Assembly (NCBI GenBank): GCA_031271465.1
Contig: JAISVR010000030.1
Location: 7,455-71,454 of the forward strand
Length of the DNA stretch: 64,000 nucleotides
Origin: Prevotellaceae bacterium
Lineage (GTDB): Bacteria > Bacteroidota > Bacteroidia > Bacteroidales > Paludibacteraceae
Reading direction: 5' to 3'
The position numbers and the translations under genes were made by a program. Shown here piece by piece: positions 18,469 through 28,800 of this stretch (positions within the stretch are counted from its first letter, which is position 1; the number at the start of each line of letters is the position of its first letter). The notes beneath the pieces were generated by a model that was not told where the DNA came from, made no database searches, and worked only from the letters and a program-made list of their open reading frames with translations.

Positions 18469-20318
18469 TGATAAACGACAATTTGCAAAATCGGAAGTCG
18501 GTATTGATAAAAATGATGATTTTTGTCTTTGTCGTTTTTGTCTGTCAATTGATTAATTTGCAGATAATCAATAAGTCGTACAAAGAAAGTGCCGACAGTA
18601 ATGCTTTTCTAAAAAAAATAAAATATCCTGCTCGCGGATTGATATACGACCGCAATGGCAAGTTGTTGGTATACAATAAACCTGCCTACGATGTGATGGT
18701 GGTAATGAAAGAGGTACAAGAGTTTGACACGCTCGATTTTTGTCGTACTATGAAAATAGACAAGGCAAAATTCCACAAGCTCATGAAGGCTACCAAAAAC
18801 CGCTTGGGATATTCGGATTATACACCGCAACAGTTTATTGCAGGTATCGACAGTGTAGAGGTATATGCCGTATTGCGGGAAAAACTATCCAATTTCCCCG
18901 GATTTCATTTGCAAGACCGCACCTTACGCGGTTATCGTTTCCCTTGTGCGGCTCATGCGTTTGGCTCGGTAGGAGAGGTGTCGAAATCGGACATTGAAAA
19001 AGACCCCTACTATATACAAGGCGAGTACATCGGTAAAAACGGAGTAGAAAAATTCTACGAAAAAGAATTGCGCGGGGTAAAAGGAGTAGAGATACTTATG
19101 CGCGACTCGCGCGGAAGAGTGAAAGGCTCGTACGAAAACGGTGCGCTCGACATTATGCCCGAATCAGGCAACAATATCACCCTTTCGCTCGACATTGAAT
19201 TGCAGGAATACGGCGAAAAGCTCATGCAGGGGAAAATAGGCAGCATAGTAGCCATCGAACCTGCTACGGGCGAAATTTTGGCGCTGGTAAGCAGTCCATC
19301 GTTCGACCCGTCGGTGCTGGTAGGACAGTCGCGGACAGAGAATTTCAATCAGCTAAATTCAAGTGCATTAAAACCCCTGCTCGATCGTCCGCTGCAGGCG
19401 CGTTATCCGCCCGGGTCGACTTTCAAGGTGGTTAATTCGCTTATTTTCCAGCAAGAGGGAATTATTAACGAGCACACTCGTTACCCTTGTCATGGAGGCT
19501 TCGTGGCAGGCGGCTTGCGTGTAGGTTGCCATAGTCATGTTTCGCCGCTCGATTTGCCGCACTCCTTGCAGCATTCCTGCAATGCCTATTATTGCTATGC
19601 GTTGCGCGCTATGATAGACAACAACAAATACGGTTCGGTGCAAAATGCGTTGGAAACATGGAAGGACCATATTGTTTCGTTTGGTTTCGGCTATAAGCTG
19701 GGGGTAGATTTTCCTACCGAAAACAGGGGTTATATACCCAATGCCGAAGTATACGACAAAGTATACGGCAAGCGCGGCTGGCGCGGACTTACCATTATTT
19801 CTATTGCCATCGGGCAGGGAGAGGTGATTTCTACGCCTATTCAAACAGCCAATTTGGCAGCTATTATCGCAAATCGCGGGTATTGGTACACCCCGCATAT
19901 TGTGAAAAAGATACAAGGCGGGCACATAGATTCGCTTTATACCCGCAAACGCGTTACCTCGGTAGAAAGGCGGTATTTTGAACCCGCTGTCGAAGGAATG
20001 GAACTGGCGGTGTTGGGTGGAACAGCCCGTATTGCTTCATTGGCGGCAGACAACATTGTGGTGTGTGGAAAAACCGGTACGGCACAAAATCCGCATGGAA
20101 AAGACCACTCCATTTTTATGGCATTCGCTCCGAAGGATAATCCTAAAATAGCTATTGCCGTGTTTGTGGAAAATGCAGGTTTTGGAGCTACCTGGGCAGG
20201 ACCTATTGCCAGCCTGATGATGGAAAAATATTTGAAGAAAGAAATAGCTCCAACCAGAAAGTATTTGGAAGAAAGAATGTTTAACACAAGTTTAATGCCC
20301 CTTGCAGCGAAACATTAA
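18468..20318 (+). CDS. mrdA: penicillin-binding protein 2 (elongasome transpeptidase)
   Basis: N-terminal TM and PBP dimerisation domain. Transpeptidase motifs STFK, SCN and KTGTA are present. Confidence 0.93.
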   Translation: MINDNLQNRKSVLIKMMIFVFVVFVCQLINLQIINKSYKESADSNAFLKKIKYPARGLIYDRNGKLLVYNKPAYDVMVVMKEVQEFDTLDFCRTMKIDKAKFHKLMKATKNRLGYSDYTPQQFIAGIDSVEVYAVLREKLSNFPGFHLQDRTLRGYRFPCAAHAFGSVGEVSKSDIEKDPYYIQGEYIGKNGVEKFYEKELRGVKGVEILMRDSRGRVKGSYENGALDIMPESGNNITLSLDIELQEYGEKLMQGKIGSIVAIEPATGEILALVSSPSFDPSVLVGQSRTENFNQLNSSALKPLLDRPLQARYPPGSTFKVVNSLIFQQEGIINEHTRYPCHGGFVAGGLRVGCHSHVSPLDLPHSLQHSCNAYYCYALRAMIDNNKYGSVQNALETWKDHIVSFGFGYKLGVDFPTENRGYIPNAEVYDKVYGKRGWRGLTIISIAIGQGEVISTPIQTANLAAIIANRGYWYTPHIVKKIQGGHIDSLYTRKRVTSVERRYFEPAVEGMELAVLGGTARIASLAADNIVVCGKTGTAQNPHGKDHSIFMAFAPKDNPKIAIAVFVENAGFGATWAGPIASLMMEKYLKKEIAPTRKYLEERMFNTSLMPLAAKH

Positions 20319-21756
20319 TATCATACAAACAATAGACTGGACCAGTGTAGTGCTATATCTATTGCTGGTTTTTATGGGTTGGATAAGTGTGTACGGCGCA
20401 AGCTACGACTTTGAAAACACAAGTATTTTAGACTTCGACCAGCGAGCCGGGAAGCAGTTGTTGTGGATAGTTTGCAGCTTTGGGCTTGGCATACTGCTGT
20501 TGATGATAGACAGTCGTATATACGATGTGTTTGCCTATTTTATTTATGCTGCGGTAATACTACTGTTGATAGCCACCATTTTTCTGGCTCCCGAGATAAA
20601 AGGTTCGCGTTCGTGGCTGGTGCTCGGACCGGTGAGTCTTCAGTCTGCCGAGCTGGCAAAATTTGCTACAGGATTGGCGCTGGCAAAATACATGAGCCGT
20701 TATAATTTCAAACTGCACGGTATTCGTGCCTATCTGCCCGTACTGTTTATCATTTTATTACCCGTGCTGTGTATCCTTATGCAGAATGAAACGGGGTCGG
20801 CATTGGTATTCCTGGCATTTTTCCTTGTACTGTATCGCGAAGGTATGTCGGGAGTATTGCTCTATATGGGCTTATGCTTTGTGCTGCTGTTTATAGTGGT
20901 AGTACGATTTGGCGACACCATGATTCAGGTAGACAGGGGTACCCTCGGAATGGTGTTGGCGCAAGCATTTATCATCGTATCGCAATTGGGCTTTATTGCT
21001 GTTTTCGAAAAGAATTTCAAGCTGATAAAGCTTTTCCTGCAAGTCTATGCCGGTATTATTGTGCTTGCAGTAGTACTCAATTTCTTCCTGAAAATAAACT
21101 ACGAATATGTTGGCTATTTTGCTATTGCGCTATCGGGAGGCTATCTTGTTTTCAAATCAATCAGTCTGCACCGGAAAAGCTATTTTCTCATCACCCTATT
21201 TATGCTGCTGTGCGTAGGCTACTCGTTTTCGGCAGACTATATCATCGATCGCGTGCTCGAACCACACCAGCAAAGCCGAATCCGCGTAGTATTGGGTATG
21301 GAAGACGACCCGTCCGGAACAGGCTACAATGTCAATCAATCGAAAATTGCTATCGGTTCGGGACAATTTTTGGGCAAAGGCTTTCTTAACGGCACACAAA
21401 CCAAACTCAAATATGTGCCCGAACAAGACACCGATTTCATCTTTTGCACCGTAGGCGAAGAACACGGTTTTTGGGGAGCAGTATTGGTACTGAGCATCTA
21501 CCTCGCGCTGATGTTGCGCCTGCTCATGCTTGCCGAACGACAGCGCGAGCCGTTCAGCCGTATTTACGGTTACTCGGTAGCGGCAATTCTGTTTTTTCAC
21601 TTCACCATCAATATCGGCATGGTGCTTGGTTTAGCACCGGTTATCGGTATACCGCTGCCGTTTTTCAGCTATGGCGGCTCGTCGCTTTGGGGATTCACCA
21701 TCCTGCTGTTTATCTTTTTGCGCCTCGACGCTGCCCGACTGGGTATTATGCGATAA
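20302..21756 (+). CDS. rodA: SEDS-family peptidoglycan glycosyltransferase RodA
   Basis: FtsW/RodA/SpoVE signatures (QSAELAKF, PEQDTDFIF, GLAPVIGIPLPFFSYGGSS). Overlaps the mrdA 3' end. Confidence 0.9.
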   Translation: MQRNINIIQTIDWTSVVLYLLLVFMGWISVYGASYDFENTSILDFDQRAGKQLLWIVCSFGLGILLLMIDSRIYDVFAYFIYAAVILLLIATIFLAPEIKGSRSWLVLGPVSLQSAELAKFATGLALAKYMSRYNFKLHGIRAYLPVLFIILLPVLCILMQNETGSALVFLAFFLVLYREGMSGVLLYMGLCFVLLFIVVVRFGDTMIQVDRGTLGMVLAQAFIIVSQLGFIAVFEKNFKLIKLFLQVYAGIIVLAVVLNFFLKINYEYVGYFAIALSGGYLVFKSISLHRKSYFLITLFMLLCVGYSFSADYIIDRVLEPHQQSRIRVVLGMEDDPSGTGYNVNQSKIAIGSGQFLGKGFLNGTQTKLKYVPEQDTDFIFCTVGEEHGFWGAVLVLSIYLALMLRLLMLAERQREPFSRIYGYSVAAILFFHFTINIGMVLGLAPVIGIPLPFFSYGGSSLWGFTILLFIFLRLDAARLGIMR

Positions 21757-21910
21757 AGATGTAGGGGCGTATTGCATACGCCCTCTTGCATACCCCATTG
21801 CATACGCCCTCTTGCCTACACCCCATTGCCCATGCCCTGTATCGCTATTCCCGTCATTGCGAGGAACGAAGCAATCTTAGAGTCTTGTATCAGATTGCTT
21901 CGTGGTATTT
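21757..21910. repeat. composite of short interspersed repeats (family 2 hairpin plus truncated family 1 element)
   Basis: The hairpin aggggcgtattgcatacgccct lies at 21763-21784, followed by degenerate cattgcatacgccctcttgcc units. Next comes ccgtcattgcgaggaacgaagcaatct...agattgcttcg (21851-21905), which lacks the right outer arm. Confidence 0.75.
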
Positions 21911-21922
21911 GCTTTACACAAC

Positions 21923-22576
21923 TCAACGAGATTGATTCCGAAAAGCATCAAAATTCACAGAAATCTGCTCCGCTAAAGCCTCTATTGAAATATTCTTTTG
22001 AAGAGCAAACTGTCGGTAAATCTCCGCTATCGGCTTGTTGCCGTCGTCGGTTTCGAGGAAAATCCGGTTAAGAGGAACCGCCTGTATTGTATCGTGCAAT
22101 TGCTCAATACCTTTGCCAAACGACAAATAAAACCCCTGTTCAATCAACTGCCTCGCCTGCATTACTCTACCCCGAAAACCGTGGATAAGCCATGCCTGTT
22201 TCGGACAAAGCTTGTTGTGCAGGCTGGCAATTTCATTAAAAGCGCGCACACAGTGTATTATCACAGGCTTTTGTACCTGCTCGGCAATAGCAACATGTCG
22301 ACGAAAAACCATTCCCTGCAGTTCGAGCGGCGTGTCGCACACCCTGTCCAAGCCTGTTTCGCCGATTGCCACAACCCGTTCGTGCGCAGCAATGCCCGCT
22401 ACAACTTGCAGCTTCTCCTCCCAATCGGCATCAATCATCCATGGATGTAAACCCACGGAACAAAGCTGTTCGTCGTTTTTTTCGATAAACCGCTCTACTT
22501 CCTCGGGAAAGCAATTCACAACGCTAAGCACATTGCTTGCCGGGTGGTGGCTATGTATGTCGATAAAAGCAGTCAT
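21923..22576 (-). CDS. TatD-family metal-dependent hydrolase
   Basis: N-terminal IDIHSHH, plus GETGLD and HCVRAF motifs. Overlaps the yidD stop in the conserved rnpA-yidD-tatD order. Confidence 0.82.
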   Translation of the reverse strand: MTAFIDIHSHHPASNVLSVVNCFPEEVERFIEKNDEQLCSVGLHPWMIDADWEEKLQVVAGIAAHERVVAIGETGLDRVCDTPLELQGMVFRRHVAIAEQVQKPVIIHCVRAFNEIASLHNKLCPKQAWLIHGFRGRVMQARQLIEQGFYLSFGKGIEQLHDTIQAVPLNRIFLETDDGNKPIAEIYRQFALQKNISIEALAEQISVNFDAFRNQSR

Positions 22577-22791
22577 GGTACCGGGTCGTAGCCGTGCCCG
22601 CCCCAGGGATGGCAGCGAGCCAGGCGTTTAATAGTGAGCCATACACCTTTAAGCCCGTATTTTTTCACCGCCTCGATAGCATATTGCGAGCACGAGGGCG
22701 TATAGCGGCAACTCTGTGGCAGCATGGGCGAAATCAGTGCGCGGTAGGTGTACACCGGAAAAAGCACTATGGCAGTAAATAATTTGTTCAT
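22573..22791 (-). CDS. yidD: membrane protein insertion efficiency factor YidD
   Basis: 72 aa with the [11 protein letters not shown]...[13 protein letters not shown] signature. Confidence 0.93.
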   Translation of the reverse strand: MNKLFTAIVLFPVYTYRALISPMLPQSCRYTPSCSQYAIEAVKKYGLKGVWLTIKRLARCHPWGGHGYDPVP

Positions 22792-23174
22792 GCAGGCAAT
22801 TGTTCGGCAATACGGGCAAGCGCTTCTTGCATCTTTGCCTCAATCAGTTTAAAAGGCAATTCGTCGTTTGCCACATAATTAATACCAATATTCAGCGAAT
22901 AACTCTTCCCGTCAAGCAACGAAAACAGCGGAGATTTATGCAACCGGTAAGCCTCGCGTATTCGCCGTTTAAGCAAGTTGCGCGAAACAGCCCGTTTCCG
23001 TCGTTTCTTAGGCACACTTATTACAATGCGCGCATTTGCCGTTTCAAGCTTTTCGTCGGGCAAATACAACACCCGCAACGGATAGACAATAAAAGCCTTA
23101 CCTTCGGTAAACAAACGGGCAATGCGGATTTCACCCGTGAGCCGTTGCGATTTGGGAAACGAAAAATCAGTCAT
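22788..23174 (-). CDS. rnpA: ribonuclease P protein component
   Basis: Start set at [12 protein letters not shown] (23174). Basic RNR-like motif [17 protein letters not shown]. The 41 upstream codons in the ORF track run into repeat DNA. Confidence 0.88.
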   Translation of the reverse strand: MTDFSFPKSQRLTGEIRIARLFTEGKAFIVYPLRVLYLPDEKLETANARIVISVPKKRRKRAVSRNLLKRRIREAYRLHKSPLFSLLDGKSYSLNIGINYVANDELPFKLIEAKMQEALARIAEQLPA

Positions 23175-23196
23175 TTGTTTTTGTAGAAATATAATA

Positions 23197-23687
23197 GGGG
23201 CGGAATTAGCAATCACGACCAACGGGAGTAAAAAAAACTCCGCCCAATAACAGGGTCGAGGCACAAAAGTAAAAAGAAAAGGCAAGAAATCGTACAAAAA
23301 ACGGAATTATTTAATTAGTGGAAAGTGGAAAGTTGAAAGTTGAAAGTTGAAAACGGCGCGGCGTATCGCCTGCCGCTACCCTTGCGTTCGGCGTAGGGGC
23401 GTATTGCATACGCCCTGTTCTGTAATTGTATTTGCGAAAATTTGCGTTTTTTTGTGTCATTTGCGTTCTTTTGCGAGAGCCTCTCTTGCTACGCCCTGTA
23501 TCGCCTGCGCCCTTTTGCCTGCGCCCTCTTTCTCCCGCCCTGCACAAAATAACCCCATGCCACAAGCGCAGCACGGGGTTAAACGGACAATAAGTCCGCG
23601 TCGGCATCGGGGAATACGGGCGTATACAATACGCCTACTGCAATTATCTACTATCCAATTAAATATTAAATATTAATTTATTAATTA
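23197..23687. repeat. mosaic of at least five short repeat families
   Basis: Components: ggggcggaattagcaatcacgaccaacgg (23197-23225); five GTGGAAA/GTTGAAA heptads (23318-23352); family 2 hairpin aggggcgtattgcatacgccct (~23395-23416); phased TTGCG decamers (23431-23480); gcgccct repeats; gggcgtatacaatacgcc; and an AT-rich ttaat tract. Confidence 0.8.
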
Positions 23688-24125
23688 TTAATTAATCAAA
23701 GCCGTTCTCACATCGTAAGCCTTTTTGGCAAGAATGTTTTTTTCTACCATGTCATCTTTACAATTGTAGATTATATCCTGTAAAGAGAATGTCTTTTCAA
23801 GGGCAGAAATCAGTTTCTTATTCAAACAGCGATTCTCTTCAAGTGCCTCATAATATTTTTGTTTGTATTCTTCATCCGGTTGGTGCTCCAACAACATACT
23901 ACCTCTTCCGGTCAATAACCAGTCGGGACTAATATCTTCGTAATAAAATACGATTTTTTGTATGATATCCTCCCCTAACGAACCTTTATTTTTGTACATT
24001 TTGCTAAAATAACTGTTGCTGACACCTATTTTTATAGCCAATTGATTAAAATTATATCCCTGACAATCAAGAAAATACTTCAACCTATCAATTATTTTCG
24101 TAAAATTTTCAACATTTTCTTGCAT
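23688..24125 (-). CDS. phage CI/Cro-like helix-turn-helix transcriptional regulator
   Basis: Start set at MQENVENF (24125). The HTH reads FNQLAIKIGVSNSYFSKMYKNKG, followed by the DWLLTGRG motif typical of CI-repressor-type HTH proteins. The C-terminal half looks like a coiled coil. Confidence 0.75.
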   Translation of the reverse strand: MQENVENFTKIIDRLKYFLDCQGYNFNQLAIKIGVSNSYFSKMYKNKGSLGEDIIQKIVFYYEDISPDWLLTGRGSMLLEHQPDEEYKQKYYEALEENRCLNKKLISALEKTFSLQDIIYNCKDDMVEKNILAKKAYDVRTALIN

Positions 24126-24444
24126 AATTCGTAAAGTAGTTAGATATTTGCGCTGCGAATTATTTCGCAAAAAAGAAAAACGATTCGCTCATATTTGTAA
24201 TATGAGTTACGAGTCAGACCAAGATTTATGCTACAAATATAGCAATCGTTTTTAATTAATGTTCAGAAAAGAATAAAAATTCATTACAAAGCGTTAAAAG
24301 ACAAAGCTCTTTAAACGGTTAAAAGGCATGAAAAGTCGGAAATCATAAGGGCTTATGTTTGTTGTGTTTAAACATAATAAAAACTGTAAAAACAGTCGAA
24401 AAAAGAATTAACTATTAAAAAGTATTTTTTCATCGAGAGGGAAG

Positions 24445-24506
24445 GAAATTTTCCTCAAGTGGTACGAAAATTTTCCTCAAGTGAAAAAAATATTTTCCTC
24501 AAGTGG
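24445..24506 (+). promoter_or_regulatory. three direct repeats TTTTCCTCAAGTG with exact 22-bp spacing
   Basis: Cores lie at 24449-24461, 24471-24483 and 24493-24505. They sit 64 nt upstream of the HU-like ATG, in the divergent intergenic region shared with the HTH regulator. Confidence 0.7.
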
Positions 24507-24568
24507 AAAATTCATTCAAATTAAATATTAACCCCGCAGGCAAAAAGCCTGCATAAAAAAAACAAGTT

Positions 24569-24943
24569 ATGAAGTATAAATTAATTCAAAAGGTGCACCC
24601 CACTCAACCGGACGCACCCAGAAAGCATTACGCAATACCTGTAAACGCAGGTAAGTTCACGCTAAGAAATTTGTCGGAAGAAATTGCCGCGCGCACATCA
24701 CTCTCGCGAGGCGATATCGAAAATGTACTCACCACGCTGGTAGAAACAATGCCCGTAATGCTCAAAGTAGGCTTAAGCATCAAGTTGGGTAACTTCGGCA
24801 CCTTTAGACTGAATCTTGCAAGCGAAGGCGTAGACAATGCCGACGAATTTACAACAGCAAACATCAAAGGTGTAAAAATAATTTTTACCCCGAGCGCAGA
24901 AATGAAACAATCGTTGAAAGCTACCCCGCTCGAACAAGCATAA
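24569..24943 (+). CDS. Bacteroidales-type HU-like DNA-binding protein (second paralog)
   Basis: 124 aa with the same architecture as 5749-6144 (GKFTLRNLSEEIAARTSLSRGDIENVLTTLVE...GNFGTFRLNL...IIFTPS). Confidence 0.8.
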   Translation: MKYKLIQKVHPTQPDAPRKHYAIPVNAGKFTLRNLSEEIAARTSLSRGDIENVLTTLVETMPVMLKVGLSIKLGNFGTFRLNLASEGVDNADEFTTANIKGVKIIFTPSAEMKQSLKATPLEQA

Positions 24944-24987
24944 AAATTTCATACAGTAATTTTTTTTGATTGACTTTCATGTTGAAC

Positions 24988-25080
24988 TCAACACTTGTCC
25001 GTTATGTAGAACAGAATTGACACATTGCATTAGGTCTTGTGCAATGTGTCCGAATTCGTTTAATGTAACGGACATTGTTG
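24988..25080 (+). other. long two-tier imperfect hairpin
   Basis: Inner perfect 11-bp stem gacacattgca/tgcaatgtgtc (25019-25029 / 25040-25050), extendable via gaatt/aattc. Outer stem tgtccgtta/taacggaca (24996-25004 / 25066-25074) plus caaca/tgttg. Confidence 0.7.
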
Positions 25081-25143
25081 TGTTTAGACATCTCCCGATG
25101 TAAAACAAACTAAAAAATGGAAGCATCCCTGTTAAGTCGTATT

Positions 25144-25770
25144 TGTCATTGCAAAGAAACCGTATTCGTCATTGCCACACACCCCGTCATTGCGAGGAAA
25201 CCGTATTCGTCACTGCAAAGAAGGAACGACAACGCAATCTCGACGCGCATCGTCATTGCGAGGAGGAACGACGAAGCAATCTCAGTACAGAGAATGGATT
25301 GCTTCGTACCTCGCAATGACGGGAACCCGAGCACCGTGCCGTCACAGCAAAGAAGAACGACGACGCAATTGCGACGCACCCCGTCACAGCGAAGAAGGAA
25401 CGACAACGCAATCGTTACGCACATCGTCATTGCGAGGAGGAACGACGAAGCAATCTCAGTACAGAGAATGGATTGCTTCGTACCTCGCAATGACGGGAAC
25501 CCGAACATCGTGCCGTCACAGCAAAGAAGAACGACGAAGCAATCGCGACGCACCCCGTCATTGCGAGGAGGAACGACGAAGCAATCTCGAAAAAAGCCAT
25601 ATTCGTCATTGCAAAGAAGAACGACGAAGCAATCTGATACGAGATTCCAAGATTGCTTCATTCCTCGCAATGACGGGAACCCGAACACCGTGCCGTCATT
25701 GCGACCGCGAGGAACGAGCGGGAAGCAATCTCAGTACAAGAATGGACTGCGGCGTAACTCGCTCATAACA
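25144..25770. repeat. tandem array of family 1 palindromic units with a 174-bp higher-order period
   Basis: About 13 cgtcaYWgcRaRga...gcaat units of 42-43 or ~89 nt. The complete palindromes at 25251-25323 and 25425-25497 are identical and 174 bp apart. A third full palindrome starts at 25604. Confidence 0.9.
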
Positions 25771-25876
25771 GCAACAGGTTGCTCTACAAGTCAAAAACCT
25801 GTAATCCCCCAAAAACATACACTACCTACAATATATAAATCAACATTTCAAAAAAAAATTAATTAATTATTTAAAC

Positions 25877-28800
25877 ATGAACAAAAATCAACCAAAACAG
25901 AAGCCTCGAAATCGCTTTCGCTGGCTTCTACTGCTTGCGTCTATCTTTATGACTCTGGCAGGACAAAACGCCATGGCACAAAACGACTTGAGCGAAACTG
26001 TCGTTCCCGAAGCGGTAGTGCGAATGGGCGACAATCTTAGCTTTACCGTAGATGTAGCTTCGAGCGCGGGTCTCACCAATGCGCAGCTGGAAGTTGCCGC
26101 GCCGGCAGGCTTCGAATTCGTAGCCGGACAGCCGGGGCTTATTGCCGGCTCGCTGAGCGGCGACAGGCGCACGGCTCGTTTTACGGTAAATGTGCCGCAA
26201 GGCAACAAACGCCCGGTAGCATTTCAGGTAAAAGCCTTGTGCGAATCGGTGGAAAAAACAAAGATGACCTACACTCTTTATGCTGCCGACGGAACAACAG
26301 TACTTGTTGCGGCTAAAAGCGGAAATGAGATTGCGAATTTCATCAATCCGATTTTATTGACAACCTATCCGGCTCCGGTAGATGTTACTTTAGGCGTTGC
26401 TGCTACCCGGATTATAACGATGGAGCAAACGGCAGCTTTGTCGCACGCCAACAATATTCAAATAAATGCCGTTTGCACCGATAAAACAGGTATTGCCGTT
26501 ACCAAACTTGAGGTAAGCAGTACGGGAACAGGCGGCTGGATAGATATTACCGCAACCGGACTTGACGCCTCAAAAGCCGATAGATATGTATATACTTTGA
26601 CACGCGCCAATACATTTACGCCCTTGTCTTATGCGGGCAGTCAATTGCGCGAAGGGTCAAAAATCTATATCCGCGAAACGCTTGTTCTATCCAAATGTAC
26701 AGCCGGTACGATTAACTATGCCGTAGCATTTGGCGATGGCACTACTTTTTGCGCTCCGCTTCCGGCTTCGGCAGGAAATGCCGTGTTGAATGTAGCAGAC
26801 CAGGCGTTTAACCCTGTTATGTCTGTTGCTGTTACGAAAAATCCTACTTCGCCGACCGATTGGGGCAAGCACACTTATACCGTGAGCAACAGCTCTGCTA
26901 CGGCTACCCTAAACGATATTTACACTACTTGGAACACAACAGCTCGTAGAATATACGAAAAAGCTTTCTTTTCCGATGCGAGCGGAGAGCCTGTATTATT
27001 AGCCGGCGATACGGTTTTTGTTACCACTACTGCCGCAAGCAATACCGGTACTACCACTTTTGGAACAGGTACCGCTACAGACCTGACTTTGCGGGATTAT
27101 TACAGGGCAAGAGGTTTTATTGCCACTGCCGGCGACTCTGTGTATAACGACCTGCCTGCAGGAAAAACCATTTATATCACGCAACTGTGGAATCTTAATT
27201 TCAGCAGTTTAGCTGCCAATTGTCCCATGCAAATAAATGGCGGATTTGCCCATGTATTTGAGTTCTATTATTACAACCAGTGCGGCACTCGCTTGATGCG
27301 ACCTAATATTTACGGTTCGGGCAGTACGAATTCTTATGTTGATGGATATGAAGGATTAACCTTATCTTCTTTGGAAGTACAACCATCGATGTTGAATGTC
27401 GGTGAATCTGCAAAGGTGTATTTTATGACAAGGTTGGGTCATGGTTTCCCGGCAGCTAATGTGGCGGCGGGTACAAGTTCTCATTTTATAAAAATAACCC
27501 TGCCTGCCGGATTGGATTTCGACCCTGCGGCAGCTTTCCCTGTTAGAATACTATCTGCTTCAAAAGGAGCATTGACCAACGGAAATGTCGATATGGCTTC
27601 GGGACGAATCCAGGTGATAGACAACCAGCACATCATTGTGCAAAATATAGCAAATACCAATGCATTAAACCATTGTGTGGAAGTTGCCGTAAAACCCAAC
27701 GGCACAGTAAGCACCGTGCAGCCTCAAATAGCTGTCGAGCAGGCGTTAGATTGGGGTAATACAGGCACGCAATATCGCTTTGGCTGTTCTACCGGGAATA
27801 TAAACTTTGTTGTAAAAACCCCTTGTTCCGAAATTGAAGCAATCGATTTCAGCATTGACCGTACTTCGATGGGGTGGACAAACATCAGCAAAACAGCCCA
27901 CATCAGCAAAGCCGACGGCGCAAATACAAAAGTAATTTACGCCAACGACAATGTAAGCATCACCTCCAAAATGAAGATAAACTATGCTTCTCCGCTTACG
28001 ATTACGGCTGCCGACAAACTTATGACGGTAACATCTTATACGGGCACTCAATACCTGATAAAAAATCCCGACCGAGTTAGTGCCGGCACATTAATTTACT
28101 ACGATGTCAGCGCCGGCAATGTGCATACCATTCCGGTGGCTGCTACCGATATAACATACAGAAACAGTGCAGGAATCCAATTTATGGAAATGGATATGGC
28201 GCCGCTGTTGCTTAACGAAGGAATTACTGCTTTGCGCGGCAATGACTCCATACGCCTCGAACTCTTTATGCGCACACAGCAAAACTTGCCGGTGCTAAAT
28301 AGAGAAGGTTTGAGAGATGTGCAATTTGAAGTCTATCGTGAGTCGGGCGCCGATACATACCAATGCTACTCCTTGCTCGATCAGGTTACTTTCGTACAAA
28401 GCCCTATGAATTCCCTTCGGGCAAGAAATGCGGATTCCAGCTATGATTGGCGCGAAAATGCCGTTATAAACCAGAATAACTTCTGGTGGGGAGGTTCAAA
28501 AAATACGAACGGCGGCAATCTGTTAACTGCCGGCGAATACCGCCCCAACTTGGATTCGATTTCCCGTCTTTATATGGAAATCAACTCACTGGTCAAAATC
28601 AATACTATTTCTACGACATTGAGCGGTAGGGTAATGGGTAATGAGTTGAACAGGACTTTAACCGGCGTTACCTTGCAATTAGGAAAAGCTCCCGAAGACT
28701 ATTCTGCGCAGGAAATAGCAGATGAAACCGGATTGACCCAAGCCGATTTCAACAAACTGGGATATCATATTTGGTATAAAGACGGAAGAACATTCTTGCG

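Noticed and set aside
22788-23297. The 169-aa version of rnpA. Extended N-termini in the ORF track were also noted for mdh (9690), ybaN (10796), FKBP (13526), the HTH gene (24170), the OmpA gene (37676), DUF4271 (41290), ORF6N (42974), uvrA-N (44851), L29 (59053) and L30 (63044).
   Set aside because: Alignment-like reasoning against the known family N-termini, signal peptides and promoter motifs supports internal start codons. The upstream extensions run into repeats, promoters or neighbouring genes.
23311-23676. ORFs of 98 and 109 aa in the region upstream of rnpA, and 21671-22071 ORFs downstream of rodA
   Set aside because: They are translations of the interspersed repeats (GRMQYAPT, FQLSTFNFPLST and similar peptides), not genes.
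25117-25866. A possible CRISPR array, or real ORFs of 249, 198 and 180 aa across the repeat region
   Set aside because: The repeated units abut each other or are separated only by other repeat-derived sequence. There are no unique spacers, and units occur in both orientations as palindromes. No cas genes are present. The ORFs translate to low-complexity repeat peptides (RRNDEAIS, SLRGGTTKQS) in several frames on both strands, so they are artefacts.
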